IMG/VR virus record: IMGVR_UViG_2703718871_000019
Coordinates: 1-10,662 of that record
Reading direction: 5' to 3' (one strand)
DNA: 10,662 nucleotides
From: a virus
Taxonomy: Duplodnaviria > Heunggongvirae > Uroviricota > Caudoviricetes
Part shown: positions 7,498-10,662 of the stretch, piece after piece
How the letters are laid out: the number at the start of each line of letters is the position of its first letter
How positions within the stretch are numbered: position 1 is the stretch's first letter
Translations under genes and position numbers: made by a program
Notes under the pieces: model-generated
Databases searched by the model: none
Told to the model about the DNA's origin: nothing
Seen by the model: only the letters and a program-made list of their open reading frames with translations

Positions 7498-7701
7498 GTT
7501 GACCTCATTTACCCTTAACGCCGGGTCGCGGAACTAAAAACCTGCTGCGCTGTTATACAAAGTATTCCCGCCGTCATGTTCATACGCCTCGGGCTGGCTA
7601 CTTAACCCCTGACCACTGCCGGGTAACTCGAAGTATTGCCTGGCGTTCTGTGGGGCGGGGGGGTTGATGAATGAACAATACCACTACTATTTAATTATGT
7701 A

Positions 7702-7716
7702 AATAGCAGTGCTATT
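7702..7716. promoter_or_regulatory. Perfect palindrome AATAGCA-g-TGCTATT; candidate OL-type operator over a leftward early promoter
   Basis: 7-bp arms are exact reverse complements. The half-site TGCTATT recurs twice in the repressor/cro intergenic region (8808-8814, 8833-8839). It sits just downstream of the repressor-operon terminator and upstream of the ydaF-like gene, with -35/-10-like hexamers nearby on the minus strand (TTGCCA; TATTGT). Confidence 0.4.
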
Positions 7717-7724
7717 ATCGTGGC

Positions 7725-7750
7725 AAGAAAAAAACCACCCGAAGGTGGTT
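7725..7750 (-). terminator. Rho-independent terminator ending the repressor-antitoxin-toxin operon
   Basis: On the minus strand: AACCACC-TTCG-GGTGGTT (7-bp stem, UUCG tetraloop) followed by TTTTTTTCT, 15 bp downstream of the toxin stop codon. No T-run follows on the plus strand. Confidence 0.7.
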
Positions 7751-7764
7751 GTTGACAGGAAGGA

Positions 7765-8055
7765 TTAACAGGTTTTGTTTGGATACTGTCTTCGTGAGTG
7801 AACTACATTTACGATCTCGATGTTAGATGCTGTTACTCGGTAAAGTATTATGTAGTTAGGATGAGTCACTATCTCACGAAGACTTGGAACTCTTTCGCTC
7901 GGTGGGTACAGATAAGGGTGTTCAGTAAGTGACAAAACTGATGTTTCAATGCGTATTTTTAGTCTACGTGCAGCGGGAGGGTTTTCCTTAGCAATATAGG
8001 CTACGATCTGACGTAAATCATCACGTGCAGAAGGTAGCCATAAAATGGGCAGCAT
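7765..8055 (-). CDS. ParE/RelE-superfamily type II toxin (ParE2-like)
   Basis: 96 aa. N-terminus MLPILWLPSARDDLRQIVAYIAKENPPAARRL and C-terminal ...IEIVNVVHSRRQYP are typical of ParE toxins. Its start overlaps the stop of the upstream antitoxin (TAATG). Confidence 0.85.
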   Translation of the reverse strand: MLPILWLPSARDDLRQIVAYIAKENPPAARRLKIRIETSVLSLTEHPYLYPPSERVPSLREIVTHPNYIILYRVTASNIEIVNVVHSRRQYPNKTC

Positions 8056-8246
8056 TACTCACTCCTGTTCGTTGCAGCTAATTGAGCAATAAGGTTTTCC
8101 ATTTCAGCCATTACTTCGTCATGTGGAATTGCAGGACGGGGATCTGAGAGGCTTGCTGCCACTTTGGCTCGCAACCATTCGTTATAGCTGTTTTCTTGTT
8201 CGACTGTTTCAAATTCAGAAATTATCGGGGAAAGGGCTGTACTCAT
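8055..8246 (-). CDS. Small type II antitoxin, PaaA2-like, partner of the ParE-type toxin
   Basis: 63 aa, acidic, immediately upstream of and translationally coupled to the toxin. GGAGG SD 6 nt upstream of the ATG. Size and arrangement match the PaaA2 antitoxin of the O157 paaR2-paaA2-parE2 module as I recall it. Confidence 0.7.
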   Translation of the reverse strand: MSTALSPIISEFETVEQENSYNEWLRAKVAASLSDPRPAIPHDEVMAEMENLIAQLAATNRSE

Positions 8247-8263
8247 GTTTTGACCTCCTCAGA

Positions 8264-8764
8264 TTAGGCGCGACGACCCTTTTGCGCGGCTAGCCATCGC
8301 GCAACGATTTCTTCAATTGATTCTTTTTTCTCCTTCATTTCCTTAAGCATTTTCTCTTTATCTTCTTTGGGGAAAGCCCTGAACGTCTGGAGCAAATCCC
8401 GCTCCATGGGGTCTATATTAAACGGAAGTTCGTTTTCCGATTGTTCCATATCTGCAGATATAGTGACAACATTGTCCTCCCCAGATTCTTGGGGATACAT
8501 CCTTACAATTTGTAACAACTCGGCCATATCTGGTCTGATTGACTCGGGAGGAACTTGCAGCAACCCTGCGAACTTGATAACAGCCTCAAGATTTAAAGGT
8601 GTCTGACCATTTAGATAATGGCTTACAGCTCCCTGTGTCGAAAATCCCAGAATTTCTGCCGCACGCTCTTGGGTTAACCCTAGTTGATTTTTTTTCGCCG
8701 TCCAGATTTCTTTCAGTCTCTGGGCGGCTTGCAGGTCGATCTCTGACAGGGATTTTCTTTTCAT
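8264..8764 (-). CDS. HTH (XRE/cI-type) transcriptional regulator, PaaR2/RacR-like; likely prophage immunity repressor and TA operon regulator
   Basis: 166 aa. N-terminal helix-turn-helix LGLTQERAAEILGFSTQGAVSHYLNGQ. No S24 peptidase domain is visible in the C-terminus. It is the first gene of the operon and is divergent from the cro-like gene across a repeat-rich operator region. Confidence 0.8.
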   Translation of the reverse strand: MKRKSLSEIDLQAAQRLKEIWTAKKNQLGLTQERAAEILGFSTQGAVSHYLNGQTPLNLEAVIKFAGLLQVPPESIRPDMAELLQIVRMYPQESGEDNVVTISADMEQSENELPFNIDPMERDLLQTFRAFPKEDKEKMLKEMKEKKESIEEIVARWLAAQKGRRA

Positions 8765-8871
8765 ACCTTCAATTCTAATAAGATTATTAATCTCTTTGAA
8801 ATAGTGATGCTATTTACTTTTAAAAATAACAATGCTATTAATGATCGTGATGACATCACATGAGGTGAACA
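8765..8871. promoter_or_regulatory. Divergent promoter/operator region between the repressor and the cro-like gene (OR analogue)
   Basis: AT-rich 107-bp gap containing two TGCTATT motifs (8808-8814, 8833-8839) and the perfect palindrome GTGATG-a-CATCAC (8847-8859) just upstream of the cro-like SD. Confidence 0.55.
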
Positions 8872-9147
8872 ATGAATCTTGGAGAATATTTGCATCATTC
8901 CGGTATAACTCAGAAGCATTTTGCTGAAATTGTTGGGGTAACCCAAGGGATGGTAAGCCATGTCATTACCGGACGGGCGAAACTTACGGGGGAAAAAATT
9001 TTACGCTGGTGCGAAGCAACAGGCTGGATAGTAACTCCGCACGAGATTGATAGCAGTACTTATCCCAACCCAACCGACGGCTTACCTGTCGAGTATCAGG
9101 CTAACACACAACCAGAGGCGGGGGTGATTCATGAAAATCAAGCATGA
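8872..9147 (+). CDS. Cro/YdaS-like HTH DNA-binding protein
   Basis: 91 aa with GAGGTGA SD. HTH segment QKHFAEIVGVTQGMVSHVITGRAKLTGEKI. Divergent from the repressor and first gene of the rightward operon. Confidence 0.75.
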   Translation: MNLGEYLHHSGITQKHFAEIVGVTQGMVSHVITGRAKLTGEKILRWCEATGWIVTPHEIDSSTYPNPTDGLPVEYQANTQPEAGVIHENQA

Positions 9148-9556
9148 ACACATCCGCATGGCAATGAATGCCTGGGCGTATCCAGACGGTGAGAAAGTTC
9201 CAGCAGCTGAAATAGCCCGGACTTATTTCGAGCTGGGGATGACGTTCCCGGAACTGTACGACGACAGCCATCCGGAAGCCCTGGCTCGTAATACCCAGAA
9301 AATTTTCCGCTGGGTGGAGAAGGACACGTCTGATGCTGTTGAAAAAATTCAGGCGCTGTTACCGGCGATCGAAAAGGCGATGCCGCCTTTGCTGGTGGCC
9401 CGTATGCGCAGTCACAGTTCTGAATATTACCGGGAGATCGTCGAACGACGGGATCGGCTGGTGAAAGATGTGGATGATTTTGTCGCTGTAGCGATCGCCT
9501 GGGGCACCCTGACTAACAGTGGTGGTCAGCCTGGTAATGCAGTTGTTGTGCATTGA
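9131..9556 (+). CDS. YdaT-like protein (cII-position regulator/toxin-like family)
   Basis: 141 aa, overlapping the cro-like gene by 17 nt. Size and position match Rac YdaT; the sequence-level resemblance is from memory only. Confidence 0.65.
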   Translation: MKIKHEHIRMAMNAWAYPDGEKVPAAEIARTYFELGMTFPELYDDSHPEALARNTQKIFRWVEKDTSDAVEKIQALLPAIEKAMPPLLVARMRSHSSEYYREIVERRDRLVKDVDDFVAVAIAWGTLTNSGGQPGNAVVVH

Positions 9557-9618
9557 CCAACAATATTTATACCGGATTTCTTCCGGAAGTTCGTGGGTAA
9601 AGTTCGGTATCAGAAGAG

Positions 9619-10662
9619 GTGAGTATGGCTAATGCCTGGCTCAGATTGTGGCATGACATGCCAAATGACCCCAAGTGGCGAACGATTGCCAGGGTATCAG
9701 GACAGCCAATCGCAACAGTGATGGCAGTGTATATCCATCTTCTGGTGAGCGCGTCACGAAATGTCACGACATGTCACGGCGTGTCACTACGTGGTCACAT
9801 TGATGTCACGACGGAAGATTTAGCAAGTGCGCTTGATGTGACGGAAGACGTAATTGATTCAATTTTGCATGCAATGCAGGGGCGGGTTCTGGATGGTGAC
9901 CTTATTTCCGGATGGGAAAAACGTCAGGTGCTGAAAGAGGACAATGGTAACGTTTCGCAAACGGCAAAATCCCCGGCAGAGCGCAAGAGAGCGCAGCGGG
10001 AGCGCGAAAAGCTGCGGAAATATGATGCTGATTGTCACGATGAGTCACGACGTGTCACGCATCTGTCACGACAAGTCACGACAGATAAAGATACAGATAC
10101 AGAATTAAACCCCACACATAACGCGCGCATGCGCGAGAGTGCTCCAACCGGTGAGTCGAATGGTGCGTCGTTGCAGACAGCCGAACCTGAATACCTGGAC
10201 GGCCTGAGCGAACCGATCGGGAAATTTTCGATGACCACTGTCTGGCAGCCGTCGCCGGATTTTCGACAACGGGCAGCAGTGTGGGGTATGGCTCTGCCTG
10301 AGCCGGAATTTACACCTGCTGAGCTTGCCGCATTCCGGGATTACTGGATGGCGGAGGGGAAGGTTTTCACGCAGGTTCAGTGGGAGCAGAAATTTGCCCG
10401 CCACGTGCAGCACGTCAGGGCACAGGTAAAACCAGTCAGCAAGGGGGTAAGCCATGCAGCATCAGGTGGCACGGCATCACGGGCAGTTCAGAAAATCCGG
10501 GCAGCACGAGAACAGTGGGAACGTGAAAACGGATTTATCAGCAACGGAAACGGCCTGGAAGCTGTGGGAACTTATGGGGGAGGTGTATTCGAACCGATGG
10601 ACCCAGAAGAACGGGGCTGCGCCGTCGAAACTCTGGATTGCTCAGATTGGCGCGATGACTGA
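9619..10662 (+). CDS. Phage replication initiation protein (YdaU/O-like N-terminal region with DnaT-like C-terminal domain)
   Basis: 347 aa with AGAGGTGAG SD. N-terminus ANAWLRLWHDMPNDPKWRTIARVSG is typical of prophage replication proteins. C-terminal WQPSPDFRQRAAVWGMALPEPEFTPAELAAFRDYWMAEGKVF resembles the primosomal DnaT C-terminal domain. The gene contains iteron arrays. Stop TGA is the last 3 nt of the window. Confidence 0.8.
   Translation: MSMANAWLRLWHDMPNDPKWRTIARVSGQPIATVMAVYIHLLVSASRNVTTCHGVSLRGHIDVTTEDLASALDVTEDVIDSILHAMQGRVLDGDLISGWEKRQVLKEDNGNVSQTAKSPAERKRAQREREKLRKYDADCHDESRRVTHLSRQVTTDKDTDTELNPTHNARMRESAPTGESNGASLQTAEPEYLDGLSEPIGKFSMTTVWQPSPDFRQRAAVWGMALPEPEFTPAELAAFRDYWMAEGKVFTQVQWEQKFARHVQHVRAQVKPVSKGVSHAASGGTASRAVQKIRAAREQWERENGFISNGNGLEAVGTYGGGVFEPMDPEERGCAVETLDCSDWRDD
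9751..9845. repeat. Iteron array 1: six to seven GTCACGA/GTCAC repeats at 10-11 bp spacing inside the replication gene
   Basis: GTCAC at 9753, 9763, 9773, 9783, 9794 and 9805, with a degenerate TGTGACG at about 9837. The repeats are in frame and encode ...SASRNVTTCHGVSLRGHIDVTTED.... Confidence 0.65.
10031..10110. repeat. Iteron array 2 (five GTCACG repeats) followed by an AT-rich tract; probable replication origin
   Basis: GTCACG at 10034, 10044, 10054, 10065 and 10075 with 10-11 bp phasing, followed immediately by ACAGATAAAGATACAGATACAGAATTAAA. This is the lambda-type arrangement of iterons plus an AT-rich unwinding region within the initiator gene. Confidence 0.65.

Larger units (their letters stand above)
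982..10662. mobile_element. Rac-like lambdoid prophage, left arm from attL at serU through the replication module; continues beyond the window
   Basis: A tRNA-adjacent integrase and xis, a recombination-region exonuclease, a divergent repressor/cro immunity region and an iteron-containing replication gene follow the canonical lambdoid order. GC composition is mosaic. Confidence 0.88.

Noticed and set aside
7277-7537. Plus-strand 86-aa track ORF
   Set aside because: It overlaps the better-supported minus-strand 50-aa YdaF-like ORF, which has an SD and phage-like synteny. The plus ORF has no RBS.
8367-8961. Track ORFs 8367..8606 (+) and 8761..8961 (-)
   Set aside because: The first is antisense inside the HTH regulator gene. 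The second spans the operator region and the cro-like start on the wrong strand.
2193-9398. Chi octamers GCTGGTGG at 2193-2200 and 9391-9398 (plus strand)
   Set aside because: Two occurrences in 10.6 kb is about the chance expectation for an E. coli-like genome. No special significance inferred.
9751-10085. Possibility that the GTCACGA repeat clusters are a CRISPR array
   Set aside because: The repeat unit is about 7-9 bp with 2-3 bp spacers at helical phasing, it lies in frame inside a replication gene, and no cas genes are present. It is an iteron array.
9359-10455. Minus-strand track ORFs 9359..9553, 9567..9767, 10035..10238 and 10105..10455
   Set aside because: They are antisense to the ydaT-like and replication genes, which have good RBSs and recognisable domains.

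Overview
This window holds the left arm of a Rac-like lambdoid prophage inserted at the 3' end of a tRNA-Ser(CGA) gene (serU-type) beside host mtfA, in an Escherichia-like enterobacterial chromosome. Everything below is read from the sequence and the ORF track by eye and from memory of protein families; no searches or folding were run. Gene order: mtfA (-) | tRNA-Ser (+) | candidate attL arm repeats | int, xis (-) | 812-aa RecE-like exonuclease with a DnaQ-like DEDDh C-terminal domain (-) | two small ORFs (-) | Rha-family regulator (-) | about 0.7 kb with no convincing coding frame but several repeats and hairpins | AT-rich 2-TM membrane protein on the opposite strand (+) | ydaF-like 50-aa ORF (-) | palindrome plus intrinsic terminator | ParE toxin, 63-aa antitoxin and HTH regulator operon (-) | divergent operator region | Cro-like, YdaT-like and replication initiator genes (+), the last carrying two GTCACGA iteron arrays. 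The most interesting candidates are the AT-rich 2-TM gene with its upstream region, an intrinsic terminator lying inside the longest Rha ORF, and the RecE-scaffold/DEDDh exonuclease with no annealase partner. The prophage continues past the right edge of the window.
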